DNA from: Rhodobacteraceae bacterium bin131 | Lineage (GTDB): Bacteria; Pseudomonadota; Alphaproteobacteria; Rhodobacterales; Rhodobacteraceae | Direction: 5' to 3' | DNA length: 64,000 nucleotides | Assembly (NCBI GenBank): GCA_002239085.1 | Contig: MPNP01000001.1 | Span: 49,169 to 113,168, forward strand | Shown: piece after piece, positions 1-9,235 of the stretch | Layout of the letters: each line of letters opens with the position of its first letter | Position numbering within the stretch: the stretch's first letter is position 1 | Made by a program: the position numbers and the translations under genes | The notes under the pieces: generated by a model | The model's input: the letters and a program-made list of their open reading frames with translations, nothing else | Database searches by the model: none | Told to the model about the DNA's origin: nothing

Positions 1-141
1 AAAGTTATTGGTGATGCAGGTTGTGCTGAACCCTCAAGAACGATGGTTCAGTTTTTCCATCCGAGTTGCTGATTCAATTTAGGGATTAGATTGTATCGGG
101 AATGGAGTTAATCCGACCACTCAGTCCATTCAGTGTTAATT

Positions 142-1422
142 TTAGTCAACGATGATCCCAATGGGAGATTCGAGGTGCTTGACAATCTCAGCAAGAAAGT
201 TGGCTCCTACTGCGCCATCAACAATTCGATGGTCAACTGAAAGGGTTACCGACATTTTTGTTTCAATCCCGATGCTACCATCTTGCTTAACGACCGTCTT
301 TTTGATTCCTGCGCCAACGGCTAAAATTGACGCATGGGGCGGATTAATAATGGCATCGAAATTCTCAACTCCGTACATACCAAGATTAGAAATAGTGATG
401 GACCCCCCGATATATTCAACCGGTGAAAGTTTTTTATTTCGTGCTCTTTGTGCCAAATCCTTCATTTCACGGGACAATTCCACCAGAGATTTATCTTGGG
501 CGTCCATAATAACTGGGGTGAACAGACCTTCATCAACGGCAACGGCAACTGCTACATCTGAAGATTTTAGTTGAATGATTTTACCAGCTGCCCAAACGGC
601 ATTGGCACCGGGAACAGCCTGAAGACCCTTGGCAACAGCAGCAATAATAAAGTCATTGATGGATACCTTGCGTCTAGATGGGGCAAGGTAGTCATTGATT
701 TTCGCTCGCAGCTGAAGGAGAGCATCTAAAGATATCTCACGTCGTAAGTAGAAATGTGGAATCGTCTGCTTTGATTCGGTTAAGCGAGTTGCAATTGCTC
801 TACGCATTCCCTGGAGTTCAATAACCTCATGGGCTCGAGTTTGATATATTTTTGCCACCTGTTCAAAGCCTAAAGACTCTTGAATTGTTGCTGTGGGTTT
901 GGCTACTTGTGGTGATTGAGAGAGGAATTTTTCAATATCTCTTTTCACAACGCGGCCTTTTGGTCCCGTTCCGCTCAAGGCACTTAAAGAGATATTATTA
1001 TTTTGTGCTAAACGCCGTGCTAATGGTGAAGCAAACACCCGGTCCACCTGAGGTAGAATTGATTTAACAGGCTTAGCGGTTGATGCTTCTTGTTTTTCTT
1101 GTGGGGGCACGACTGGTATTGATTCTTTCTTCTCAATTACCTTTTGAGGTGTGGGTTCGCTAGGTTCATCGCCTGAGGATATTTCTGCAATAGGAGCATT
1201 GACTTTAATTCCTTTAGTCCCTTCTAGAACGATAAGTTTGGTGATGGTACCTTCATTATCAGCTTCAAGTTCCATTGTCGCTTTATCGGTTTCAATTTCA
1301 GCGAGTAAGTCACCTGGTTCAACAGTATCGCCTTCTTGAACACACCATTTGCTTAAGGTTCCTTCTTCCATGGTAGGAGAAAGGGCAGGCATTAAAATTT
1401 GAGTAGCCATGGGTATTATCAA
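142..1422 (-). CDS. pdhC: Pyruvate dehydrogenase complex E2 (dihydrolipoyllysine-residue acetyltransferase)
   Basis: 426-aa ORF. N-terminal lipoyl domain with [10 protein letters not shown], a PSBD-like segment (ASPLARRLA), and the C-terminal catalytic DHRIVDGA motif. Overlaps the pdhB stop by 4 nt. Confidence 0.9.
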   Translation of the reverse strand: MIIPMATQILMPALSPTMEEGTLSKWCVQEGDTVEPGDLLAEIETDKATMELEADNEGTITKLIVLEGTKGIKVNAPIAEISSGDEPSEPTPQKVIEKKESIPVVPPQEKQEASTAKPVKSILPQVDRVFASPLARRLAQNNNISLSALSGTGPKGRVVKRDIEKFLSQSPQVAKPTATIQESLGFEQVAKIYQTRAHEVIELQGMRRAIATRLTESKQTIPHFYLRREISLDALLQLRAKINDYLAPSRRKVSINDFIIAAVAKGLQAVPGANAVWAAGKIIQLKSSDVAVAVAVDEGLFTPVIMDAQDKSLVELSREMKDLAQRARNKKLSPVEYIGGSITISNLGMYGVENFDAIINPPHASILAVGAGIKKTVVKQDGSIGIETKMSVTLSVDHRIVDGAVGANFLAEIVKHLESPIGIIVD

Positions 1423-2825
1423 TCCATATACAAAACAGCTTTCGCAGCCGTGACTATTTCATTTGTGCTGAGCAAGGCAAGTTTTTCCAAATTGGCAGCA
1501 TAGGGCATTGGGACATCCTTCCCACTGCAATTGATAACGGGTGCATCAAGCCAGTCAAAGGCATTTTGCATCAAAACGGAACTAATGTAATTGCCAATTG
1601 AACAGACTGGGAAACCCTCTTCTACAGTGATACATCTGTTGGTTTTTTTTACCGAATTAATAATCGTTTCAGTATCCATCGGCCGAAGGGTTCTTAAGTC
1701 AATAATTTCTGGTTCAACCCCCATCTGCTGCAGCTCTCGTGCAGCCTCAAGGGTATAACTCATTCCAATCCCAAACGAAACTAGGGTTATATCTTTACCT
1801 TCTTGCCACAATTTAGCTTTGCCAATAGGTACTGTAAAATCATTATCTGTTGGAACTGCAAATGACTGATTATAAAGGATTTCATTTTCAAGGAAAATAA
1901 CTGGATTAGGATCTCGAATCGCTGATTTTAACAACCCTTTAGCATCGGCCGAAGAGTAGGGTTGGATCACCTTCAATCCTGGTATATGAGAATACCAAGC
2001 TGCATAATCTTGACTATGTTGGGCGCCAACACGAGCAGCTGCCCCGTTGGGGCCGCGAAAAACGATTGAAGTCTGGACTTGGCCTCCAGACATATAATTG
2101 GTTTTGGCTGCTGAGTTGACAATTTGGTCTATTGCTTGCATAGCAAAGTTAAAGGTCATAAACTCAACTATAGGTCTTAATCCGGCGAAAGCAGCACCCA
2201 CACCAACTCCAGCAAAACCATGTTCAGTAATCGGCGTATCAATGACTCGATTAGATCCAAATTCATCAAGAAGACCTTGGGAAACTTTATAAGCTCCTTG
2301 ATATTCAGCCACTTCTTCCCCCATAAGAAACACGGTTTCATCCCGTTTCATCTCTTCTAGCATGGCATCTCGCAATGCTTCTCGTACGGTTAAATCCTGC
2401 GTTGGTTCAGTCCAAATTTCTGACGCCGTTGAAATTTGCTCTGAATCTCTAGTATGTTCAGGGTTACGAGTCGTTACATCCGCGATTTTGGCGTTTTCAG
2501 GTTCAGTTTTAGGGGTTGAAATAGGGGATTGCGAAGGTGTTTTTTTTGCAGAGGCATCTCGGGAATCGTCATTTTCTGTTTCACCATCTTCCAAAATCGT
2601 TGCGATCGGGGTGTTCACCTTGACTTCTTGTTCACCTTCAGGAATTAGTATCTGTTTTATTACGCCATCTGAAATCGCTTCAAACTCCATAGTCGCTTTG
2701 TCGGTTTCGATTTCAGCGATGATATCGCCGCTAGTGACCTCTTGACCTTCATTAACAAACCATTTAGCAATTTTACCAAACTCCATAGTCGGTGACAAGG
2801 CAGGCATCAGGATTTGACTAGCCAT
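1419..2825 (-). CDS. pdhB: Pyruvate dehydrogenase E1 beta subunit with N-terminal lipoyl domain
   Basis: 468-aa ORF. N-terminal lipoyl domain (MPALSPTM..., [10 protein letters not shown]), an acidic/Ser-rich linker, then a transketolase-like pyrimidine-binding E1-beta core ([21 protein letters not shown]). Lies between pdhA and pdhC. Confidence 0.9.
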   Translation of the reverse strand: MASQILMPALSPTMEFGKIAKWFVNEGQEVTSGDIIAEIETDKATMEFEAISDGVIKQILIPEGEQEVKVNTPIATILEDGETENDDSRDASAKKTPSQSPISTPKTEPENAKIADVTTRNPEHTRDSEQISTASEIWTEPTQDLTVREALRDAMLEEMKRDETVFLMGEEVAEYQGAYKVSQGLLDEFGSNRVIDTPITEHGFAGVGVGAAFAGLRPIVEFMTFNFAMQAIDQIVNSAAKTNYMSGGQVQTSIVFRGPNGAAARVGAQHSQDYAAWYSHIPGLKVIQPYSSADAKGLLKSAIRDPNPVIFLENEILYNQSFAVPTDNDFTVPIGKAKLWQEGKDITLVSFGIGMSYTLEAARELQQMGVEPEIIDLRTLRPMDTETIINSVKKTNRCITVEEGFPVCSIGNYISSVLMQNAFDWLDAPVINCSGKDVPMPYAANLEKLALLSTNEIVTAAKAVLYMD

Positions 2826-2868
2826 GGGTGATTTCCTTTAATACCTTATAATCAACTTTAACACCAAA

Positions 2869-3858
2869 CTATCGGTAGATATCAGTCCAAAGCTCATCAG
2901 GATGTGGTTCGGGACTTTCTTGAGCAAAGTCACTTGCTTCCTTAACAGATTTTTTAATTTCATTGTCAATTGATTTGATTTCTTCTTCAGAGGCAAATTT
3001 ATATTTGAGCAATACATCGCGCAGATGATCGATTGGATCTTGTTCTTTTCTTACCTTTTGGACTTCATCACGAGTTCGATATTTTGCTGGGTCAGACATG
3101 GAATGCCCTCGATAGCGGTAAGTTTTCATCTCTAGAATATATGGACCATTTCCTTTTCGACACACTTCAACGGCATGGAGTCCAGCTTTTTTAACTTCTA
3201 GGACATTCATTCCATCAACGGCTTCACCGCTAATGCCGAACGCTTGACCGCGTGTATAAAGTTCAGGAGTTGAAGAAGCTCGCTTAAGGGAAGTTCCCAT
3301 AGCATATTGGTTGTTTTCGATGACAAAAATGACGGGTAAACTCCATAGGCTAGCCATGTTAAAGGCTTCATGAACTTGTCCTTGATTGGCTGCACCATCG
3401 CCAAAATAAGTAAAGGTTACGTTGTCAGATTCTAAATATTTATCTGCAAACGCGATACCGGCTCCGATGGGGACTTGGGCTCCAACAATTCCGTGACCTC
3501 CATAAAAATGTTTTTCAAGGCTAAACATGTGCATTGAGCCGCCTTTTCCTTTTGAAAATCCTCCTGAGCGGCCAGCTAATTCGGCCATAACACCACTAGG
3601 ATTCATACCACAGGCAAGCATATGACCATGGTCACGATACCCTGTAATGCGCTTGTCTCCTTCATTGGCTACGGCCTCCAAACCTACAACTACAGCTTCT
3701 TGACCAATATACAAATGGCAAAAGCCGCCAATTAGCCCCATACCGTATAGCTGTCCAGATTTTTCTTCAAATCGGCGGATTAGAAGCATATCGTGATAGA
3801 GTTTTAAAAGTTCTTCTTTTGTTTCTATCGGCTTCTTCTGTTTTTTTTGTACTGCCAA
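2869..3858 (-). CDS. pdhA: Pyruvate dehydrogenase E1 alpha subunit
   Basis: 329-aa ORF with the TPP-binding motif YFGDGAANQGQVHEAFNMASLWSLPVIFVIENNQYAMGT. First gene of pdhABC. Confidence 0.9.
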   Translation of the reverse strand: MAVQKKQKKPIETKEELLKLYHDMLLIRRFEEKSGQLYGMGLIGGFCHLYIGQEAVVVGLEAVANEGDKRITGYRDHGHMLACGMNPSGVMAELAGRSGGFSKGKGGSMHMFSLEKHFYGGHGIVGAQVPIGAGIAFADKYLESDNVTFTYFGDGAANQGQVHEAFNMASLWSLPVIFVIENNQYAMGTSLKRASSTPELYTRGQAFGISGEAVDGMNVLEVKKAGLHAVEVCRKGNGPYILEMKTYRYRGHSMSDPAKYRTRDEVQKVRKEQDPIDHLRDVLLKYKFASEEEIKSIDNEIKKSVKEASDFAQESPEPHPDELWTDIYR

Positions 3859-3956
3859 AAAGGTCTCCGTAGATAGGATAGTAAATTTTTGGATAATAAC
3901 TTATTATTCAATAAGTATTTAAAATAGTATTGCTATAAATTAGCACAAAAATCCGA

Positions 3957-4694
3957 TTACTTAAATCTAGGTGCTAAATCCCGAGATTTATTGATTTCAA
4001 ACTCAGTCATGAGTAGAGAAAATTCCTGTATTTGTCGGAAAGTATCTGGACCTAATAAACTACAGCTTGATTCGTTAATGCGAACAACCCAGTCAGTGAT
4101 TGAGGCGACTGTTCCAAAGTCATGGCTAATTAATATAACCGTACAGTTTGTGCGCTCTTTGTATGACATTACTAGCTCATAAAACTTTACCTCATTTCCT
4201 ATATCCATTCCTTGGGTTGGTTCATCCAATGCCAAAATCTGAGGTTTGAATAGTAAAGCCTTACTGTATAAAACTCTTTGAGTTTGTCCTGGAGAGAGGT
4301 CTAGGATTGATTGTTTAAGAAGATGTTTAATTCGGGTTTCTTGGGCGATCTCGTGGATTTCGTCGCTGCTCACTTTATTCCCAAGCCTAAGAAAATTGTG
4401 AACATCTAAAGGCATAAGGCTATTGATTTGTAGTTTTTGCGGGACGTAACCAATTTGAATACCTTTTTTGATGGTAATCTTACCGGTAGTAGGGGTCAGA
4501 GCTCCAATAATAAGTTTCAGGAGAGTGGATTTTCCTGCACCATTATGGCCCATAACAGTATAAAAAACACCCTCATCAAATGAGATACAGACGTCATTTA
4601 AGACTAATTTACCAGCAAATTTTTTGCCGATATTTTCAAATCTAATTAGTTCCACTGAAAGATATGTTTTGTTCTTGTGGTAATCGCTAACCAA
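3957..4694 (-). CDS. znuC: Zinc-type ABC transporter ATP-binding protein
   Basis: Walker A GHNGAGKST, ABC signature LSPGQTQR, Walker B ILALDEPT. Lies directly downstream of znuA. The start is uncertain: TTG at 4694, and there is no nearby ATG. Confidence 0.75.
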   Translation of the reverse strand: MVSDYHKNKTYLSVELIRFENIGKKFAGKLVLNDVCISFDEGVFYTVMGHNGAGKSTLLKLIIGALTPTTGKITIKKGIQIGYVPQKLQINSLMPLDVHNFLRLGNKVSSDEIHEIAQETRIKHLLKQSILDLSPGQTQRVLYSKALLFKPQILALDEPTQGMDIGNEVKFYELVMSYKERTNCTVILISHDFGTVASITDWVVRINESSCSLLGPDTFRQIQEFSLLMTEFEINKSRDLAPRFK

Positions 4695-4725
4695 GTTGTT
4701 AAGGCATCAATATAGCTGGAAATAA

Positions 4726-6207
4726 TTAACAATTTTCAAGCGAGTCGGCAATGGAATTCAGGATTTCAAAATAAAGCATTGAGCTGTCTTCAAAATTTAT
4801 TCCCGAGGGGTCAACGGTATAAATATTAAATACAATATCACCGGCGACAGTGTTAATAAGATTCTCATCAAAAAAGGGTTCTACAAGGACACAAATTTCA
4901 CTGATTCCTTCAACTTGATCAATAAACCGGCTGATATGCCTTGCACCTGACTCGCCAAGAGATTGGTCTTTTAAAGAGACAATCGGGCTCACATTGTAAC
5001 GCTCTTCAAAGTACTGATAGGCATCATGGTAAACGATGTATACAGGCTTTGTGATGGTCATTTTTGTAGCGATGGATTCGTCTAATTCTTGTATTTTTGC
5101 TGACCACGATTGAAAATTCGCTTCATAAGTAGTTTTATTTTCGGGATCGATTTCACCTAAAGACTCTTTAATTATTCGCAGCCATTCAATTGCAATTAAG
5201 GGATCAAACCATGCATGGGGGTCAATTATTCCGTGATGATGGAGATGGGGGTCGTTGCTAACGCTGGTATCCTCGGAGTTGCCATCATTGCGTTGGCTCA
5301 TGTTGTCGGTATCGTTGCCGTTTTCCCTATCGCTTCTGTCGTGAGAATTGTTCCTATGGTTATCATCGTGGCTCTGGCTCATGTTGTCGGTATCGTTGCC
5401 GTTTTCCCTATCGCTTCTGTCGTGAGAATTGTTCCTATGATTATCATCGTGGCTCTGGCTCATGTTGTCGGTATCGTTGCCGTTTTCCCTATCGCTTCTG
5501 TCGTGAGAATTGTTCCTATGATTATCATCGTGGTCCTGGCTCATGTCGTCGGTATCGCTGCTGTCTCCACTATCGTTGCGATCGTGGTCCTGGCTCATGT
5601 CGTCGGTATCGCTGCTGTCTCCACTATCGTTGCGATCGTGGTCCTGGCTCATGTCGTCGGTATCGCTGCTGTCTCCACTATCGTTGCTGTCGTGGTCCTG
5701 GCTCATGTCGTCGGTATCGCTGCTGTCTCCACTATCATTGCGATCGTGGTCATGGCTCATGTCGTCGGTATCGCTGCCGTTTTCCCTATCGCTTCTGTCG
5801 TTGCTATTGCGACTCTCAAGTTCACTCATTAATTCGGCATTTTCAAAAAAGGAAACAAGTTCACGACGAGGTAGCAGCAAATTCTCAGTTTCTTCCAATA
5901 AAGACACCGTAACACCCGATGAAGATAATGCAGAGATTATGTTATCCAAATCAACAACCATCTCTGGACCCGTCCAAAAGATTATATCTGCATCAGCTAT
6001 TTTTTTTGCCTTGGAAGGGGTGAGTTGAAACCCATGGGGTGACCCAGAGCTAACAATAGGTTCGCTCGTACCTACACCATCCATAATCATTAAAACTAAG
6101 GAATTGACAGGCTTAATATCAGAAAGAACATTTATTGAATTTTGGGCTAATACACTTGTCGTAAAGAACAGAAAAGTAACCAAACTGAACTTGAATAATT
6201 TCTTCAT
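4726..6207 (-). CDS. znuA: Zinc ABC transporter periplasmic substrate-binding protein (ZnuA/TroA family) with a greatly expanded His/Asp/Ser/Asn-rich repeat loop
   Basis: Signal peptide MKKLFKFSLVTFLFFTTSVLAQN. Cluster-9 SBP motifs (SPHGFQLTPSKAKKIADADIIFW; DPHAWFDP; YIVYHDAYQYFEERY). The central ~190 aa consists of in-frame tandem repeats. Confidence 0.8.
   Translation of the reverse strand: MKKLFKFSLVTFLFFTTSVLAQNSINVLSDIKPVNSLVLMIMDGVGTSEPIVSSGSPHGFQLTPSKAKKIADADIIFWTGPEMVVDLDNIISALSSSGVTVSLLEETENLLLPRRELVSFFENAELMSELESRNSNDRSDRENGSDTDDMSHDHDRNDSGDSSDTDDMSQDHDSNDSGDSSDTDDMSQDHDRNDSGDSSDTDDMSQDHDRNDSGDSSDTDDMSQDHDDNHRNNSHDRSDRENGNDTDNMSQSHDDNHRNNSHDRSDRENGNDTDNMSQSHDDNHRNNSHDRSDRENGNDTDNMSQRNDGNSEDTSVSNDPHLHHHGIIDPHAWFDPLIAIEWLRIIKESLGEIDPENKTTYEANFQSWSAKIQELDESIATKMTITKPVYIVYHDAYQYFEERYNVSPIVSLKDQSLGESGARHISRFIDQVEGISEICVLVEPFFDENLINTVAGDIVFNIYTVDPSGINFEDSSMLYFEILNSIADSLENC
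5293..5810. repeat. In-frame tandem repeats inside znuA: 3 x 81 bp followed by about 4.5 x 54 bp
   Basis: The unit-start motif tggctc recurs at 5294, 5375 and 5456 (81-bp period), then at 5537, 5591, 5645, 5699 and 5753 (54-bp period). Units are near identical at the DNA level. They encode 27-aa (SQSHDDNHRNNSHDRSDRENGNDTDNM) and 18-aa (SQDHDRNDSGDSSDTDDM) repeats on the minus strand. Confidence 0.9.
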
Positions 6208-6283
6208 GATAGCAACTCATTAAACTAATAAATAACTTTGACCAGAAAAATATGATGTTTTGTATGGGTGTGTAGTCCTACAT

Positions 6284-6303
6284 AATTGACAATTTTGTCA
6301 ATT
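6284..6303. promoter_or_regulatory. Perfect 20-bp palindrome AATTGACAA-TT-TTGTCAATT; candidate Zur/Fur-family operator in the znuA/znuB divergent region
   Basis: Perfect 9-bp inverted arms with a 2-bp spacer, read directly from the sequence. Lies about 80 bp upstream of the znuA start (6207) and upstream of znuB on the other strand. Confidence 0.45.
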
Positions 6304-6717
6304 CAAGCTAGATATTTTCATAATCACAGCTAGTTGCTATTTGACTTGATGCCTTTAAAGATACCCAAACACTGTTTTCAGGGGAAATATATCAAGATGA
6401 AACTTATACTTTTGCAACACTATCGTGATGAATATACTGTGGGCCAGATTGTCCACCGTCAAAATATGAGAGATTTATCACAGATTCTAGTTCAAAGAAT
6501 ATACCAGATGAAACTGCTCAACCGAGAGCTGATAGTAAATTGTATATGAAATGGTGCTCGGTAGTGAACGGTTTTTTCCTGTTCCAGTCCTTTTGATATG
6601 AGTCCCAAAAGTACTGCAAATAGTGTATCTTTATTTGGGTAAGCTAGACTCTGTAATTTATTAAACCACTTCACCAGAAATCTGATTTGTGCATAAGAAA
6701 AATTGAACGGTATCTTC

Positions 6718-7512
6718 ATGATTGATGACTTTATTTTAAGAGCTGTTTTCGCAGGAATTGCCGTTTGCTTCGTAGCTGGACCAATTGGGTGTTTTGTTTT
6801 GTGGAGGAAAGTTGCATATTTTGGCGATGCCACTGCTCACTCGGCAGTACTAGGTATTGCGTTCTCACTTGCCTTGAACATTTCTGTGTTTATTGGTGTT
6901 TTCGTCATGGCATTTATTGCCGCAATTTGTATCACAATTACGACAACCCGAACGTATAGTTCTGATACAGTTTTAGGAATTTTAGCTCACTCATCCCTTG
7001 CTATTGGGCTTTTATCTATTTCATTTGTTCCAACCCAAACACTTGATTTGGAGGCTTACTTATTTGGCCAAATTCTAGCGGTGTCATCAACAGATATAAT
7101 AGTGATAGGAGTTGGTTCGTTATTGATATTAGCTTTTATCATTACTCAATGGGAAAAGCTGTTAATTGCTACTTTAAGTGAGGAACTATCGTTTGCGGCA
7201 AAAATCAATCCGCTGTGGTATACTTGGGGTCTCAATCTGAGCTTGGCGATATTAGTGGCTTTATCTATAAAATTAATCGGGATTCTATTAATTTCAGGAT
7301 TGCTTATAATCCCAGCCGCAACGGCAAAGCCTTTTTCAAAAAAACCGTCTTCAATGGCTGTATTGTCTGTAGTTTTTGGGTGTACTTCTGTCATCTTAGG
7401 GGTTGGGTTATCTTATTTTACCGACACTCCCACCGGGCCTTCAATCATTTCTGTTGGGGCCTTATTTTTCTGTCTTGCTTGGGCGGTAGCTTATATTAGA
7501 GGTCTTAGATAA
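6718..7512 (+). CDS. znuB: Zinc ABC transporter permease
   Basis: Polytopic hydrophobic protein of the ABC-3 family (MIDDFILRAVFAGIAV...; YFGDATAHSAVLGIA). The ORF opens at TTG 6703, but ATG 6718 matches typical ZnuB N-termini better. Confidence 0.8.
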   Translation: MIDDFILRAVFAGIAVCFVAGPIGCFVLWRKVAYFGDATAHSAVLGIAFSLALNISVFIGVFVMAFIAAICITITTTRTYSSDTVLGILAHSSLAIGLLSISFVPTQTLDLEAYLFGQILAVSSTDIIVIGVGSLLILAFIITQWEKLLIATLSEELSFAAKINPLWYTWGLNLSLAILVALSIKLIGILLISGLLIIPAATAKPFSKKPSSMAVLSVVFGCTSVILGVGLSYFTDTPTGPSIISVGALFFCLAWAVAYIRGLR

Positions 7513-7601
7513 TCTTTAAATTTTTCAGGAATTATGGACTGGGTCAAAGCAGCTAAGTAATGTCCGCCTGAAATTAATTTAATTCTCTTACCATCCACTC
7601 T

Positions 7602-7901
7602 TTATTGGATGATAATCTCGCTAATATGAATATATGCCAACTTCTCACGGGCAACCTCATCAAGTAAGTCAAGGTCTAAGTTTTCTGTTGAGAAATGATT
7701 CAATTTGGTATTGATTCTAGCCATTTCTTCCTCTTGAGCTGCCAATTCATTATGGAGCTCTGCGAGTTCGTCTTGGAGCTTAATTTTTGCAATCAAGCCA
7801 CGATTTCCATTCAGGATGGTATTAAAGGTAAAAAAACATATTGTTAGGATGCAAATCAACACACCCCAAACCACAAGATCCTTTATACTTTTAACAAACA
7901 T
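7602..7901 (-). CDS. ftsB: Septum formation initiator family protein (FtsB/DivIC-like)
   Basis: 99 aa with an N-terminal TM helix, a coiled coil (LQDELAELHNELAAQEEEMARINTKL) and a C-terminal LDLLDEVAREKLAYI motif. In alphaproteobacteria this gene usually lies near pdhA. Confidence 0.7.
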   Translation of the reverse strand: MFVKSIKDLVVWGVLICILTICFFTFNTILNGNRGLIAKIKLQDELAELHNELAAQEEEMARINTKLNHFSTENLDLDLLDEVAREKLAYIHISEIIIQ

Positions 7902-7971
7902 TAGTTTATTGCTTTAGAAATTCTATTGCTTGCCATTCTATAACCTAATCAAATTGCATTGCAATCCCAAT

Positions 7972-9168
7972 CTACAAAGTACCTTCATTACGAAGTCTCA
8001 GTGCTTCAATACCAGGTAAGGGGTTCCCCTCAAGATACTCGATAAATGCACCACCCGCAGTTGATACATAACCCATTTCATTAATTATATTATGGGGCGA
8101 GAGGGCGGCAATTGTATCCCCGCCCCCAACTATTGATTGAATTTTTCCGGATTGAGTATTTTCAGCGACAATTTTTCCGACTTCAAGAGTTGCCTTATTA
8201 AAGGGCACATATTCAAAAGCACCAAGAGGGCCATTCCATATTACCGTTTTGCTAGAGCAGATAATTTTACGAAACGACTCTATTGATTTAGGTCCAACAT
8301 CAAAAATTGCCTCGAATTCATTTATCGAATTAATATCGGTGTTACGAGCATTGGAAGCATGATTGATATTGTCACTAACACAGGCATCAATTGGTAATGC
8401 AATTTGGCAACTATTTTCCTTGGCGAGTTGTAGAATTTTATTTGCAGTTTCTACGTGGTCACTTTCAACCAAGGATGTACCAACTTTATGTCCCGTTGCT
8501 TTGAGAAATGTGTTTCCCATCGCACCGCCAATTATGAGTGTATCCATCTTCTGCGTAAGATTCATCAATACGGCGATTTTGGTTGAAATCTTTGCACCTC
8601 CGATTATTGCCATTGAAGGGTGATTATTACCACCAAGAAGCGCATCAATTTGATTGATTTCATTCTGGAGATGAATACCAGCATAAGAGGGTAATATTTT
8701 TGTAATTCCAACCATGGATGCATGACTTCTGTGACAAACAGAAAAAGCATCATTACAATAGATATCCCCCCAGCAAGCTAACTGTCTTGAAAATGATGCA
8801 TCGTTGTCTGTTTCACCAGAATAAAATCGTAGATTTTCCAAAAGAGAAATGCCTTTTTTGGCTAATTTGGCCTGATTGTAGATATCGGAAAAAAAAATAA
8901 TTTTCTCTTGGATAATAGATTCAATCGTTTCGACAAGTTGGGATAATGAGAATTCAAGGTTGAATTGTCCTTTTGGTCTACCAAAATGCGAAGCAATTAC
9001 GGGATAGCCTCCTTGCTCCAAAATATATTGGATAGTTGGAAGAGTTTTCTGGATACGGGTTGTATCAGAAATTTTGCCTTCAAAGAATGGTACGTTGAAG
9101 TCAACACGGAGAAGAACTCGTTTCCCGTCTAACTCAGCTGACCTGATATCATGGAGTTGCATTGTCAC
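7972..9168 (-). CDS. pgk: Phosphoglycerate kinase
   Basis: 398 aa. Contains KRVLLRVDFNVP, and IIGGAK..., GGGDT motifs typical of PGK. Confidence 0.95.
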   Translation of the reverse strand: MTMQLHDIRSAELDGKRVLLRVDFNVPFFEGKISDTTRIQKTLPTIQYILEQGGYPVIASHFGRPKGQFNLEFSLSQLVETIESIIQEKIIFFSDIYNQAKLAKKGISLLENLRFYSGETDNDASFSRQLACWGDIYCNDAFSVCHRSHASMVGITKILPSYAGIHLQNEINQIDALLGGNNHPSMAIIGGAKISTKIAVLMNLTQKMDTLIIGGAMGNTFLKATGHKVGTSLVESDHVETANKILQLAKENSCQIALPIDACVSDNINHASNARNTDINSINEFEAIFDVGPKSIESFRKIICSSKTVIWNGPLGAFEYVPFNKATLEVGKIVAENTQSGKIQSIVGGGDTIAALSPHNIINEMGYVSTAGGAFIEYLEGNPLPGIEALRLRNEGTL

Positions 9169-9235
9169 CGATAGATTAGAGGTAATTCTTTCGTTGATGG
9201 TGTTGATCTAAAGAATTAGTGTGCCGTCGAAATAC

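Noticed and set aside
1-72. Plus-strand reading frame open from the window edge (…KVIGDAGCAEPSRTMVQFFHPSC*) that could be the 3' end of a gene convergent with pdhC.
   Set aside because: Only 23 codons are visible and no motif is recognisable. It cannot be told apart from a chance open frame. I expected lpdA downstream of pdhC on the minus strand but saw no matching frame.
152-2745. Plus-strand ORFs (152-574, 852-1067, 1151-1339, 2098-2292, 2362-2745) antisense to pdhC and pdhB. Similar antisense or alternate-frame ORFs occur throughout the track, for example inside tkt, glnE, gltX, trpD, pstA, KAS and corC.
   Set aside because: Each lies wholly inside a longer ORF with unmistakable conserved motifs on the other strand or frame. 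Their translations are low-complexity with no motifs, so they are treated as shadow ORFs.
3859-3956. AT-rich inverted repeat (acttatt-attc-aataagt) upstream of pdhA, considered as a PdhR-type operator.
   Set aside because: The arms are only 7 bp, in very AT-rich sequence, so chance occurrence is likely. No known motif recognised.
5215-6028. Long plus-strand ORFs (205 aa and 161 aa) with striking internal repeats (…LAHVVGIVAVFPIASVV…).
   Set aside because: They are the antisense reading of the znuA tandem repeats. Their repetitiveness and openness follow from the repeat structure, and the znuA frame carries the signal peptide and SBP motifs.
6334-6833. The 71-aa plus-strand and 113-aa minus-strand ORFs between znuA and znuB, considered as real genes.
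   Set aside because: They overlap each other, and the 113-aa ORF also overlaps the znuB start. Neither has an RBS or a convincing motif. They are recorded only as a possible remnant in the findings.
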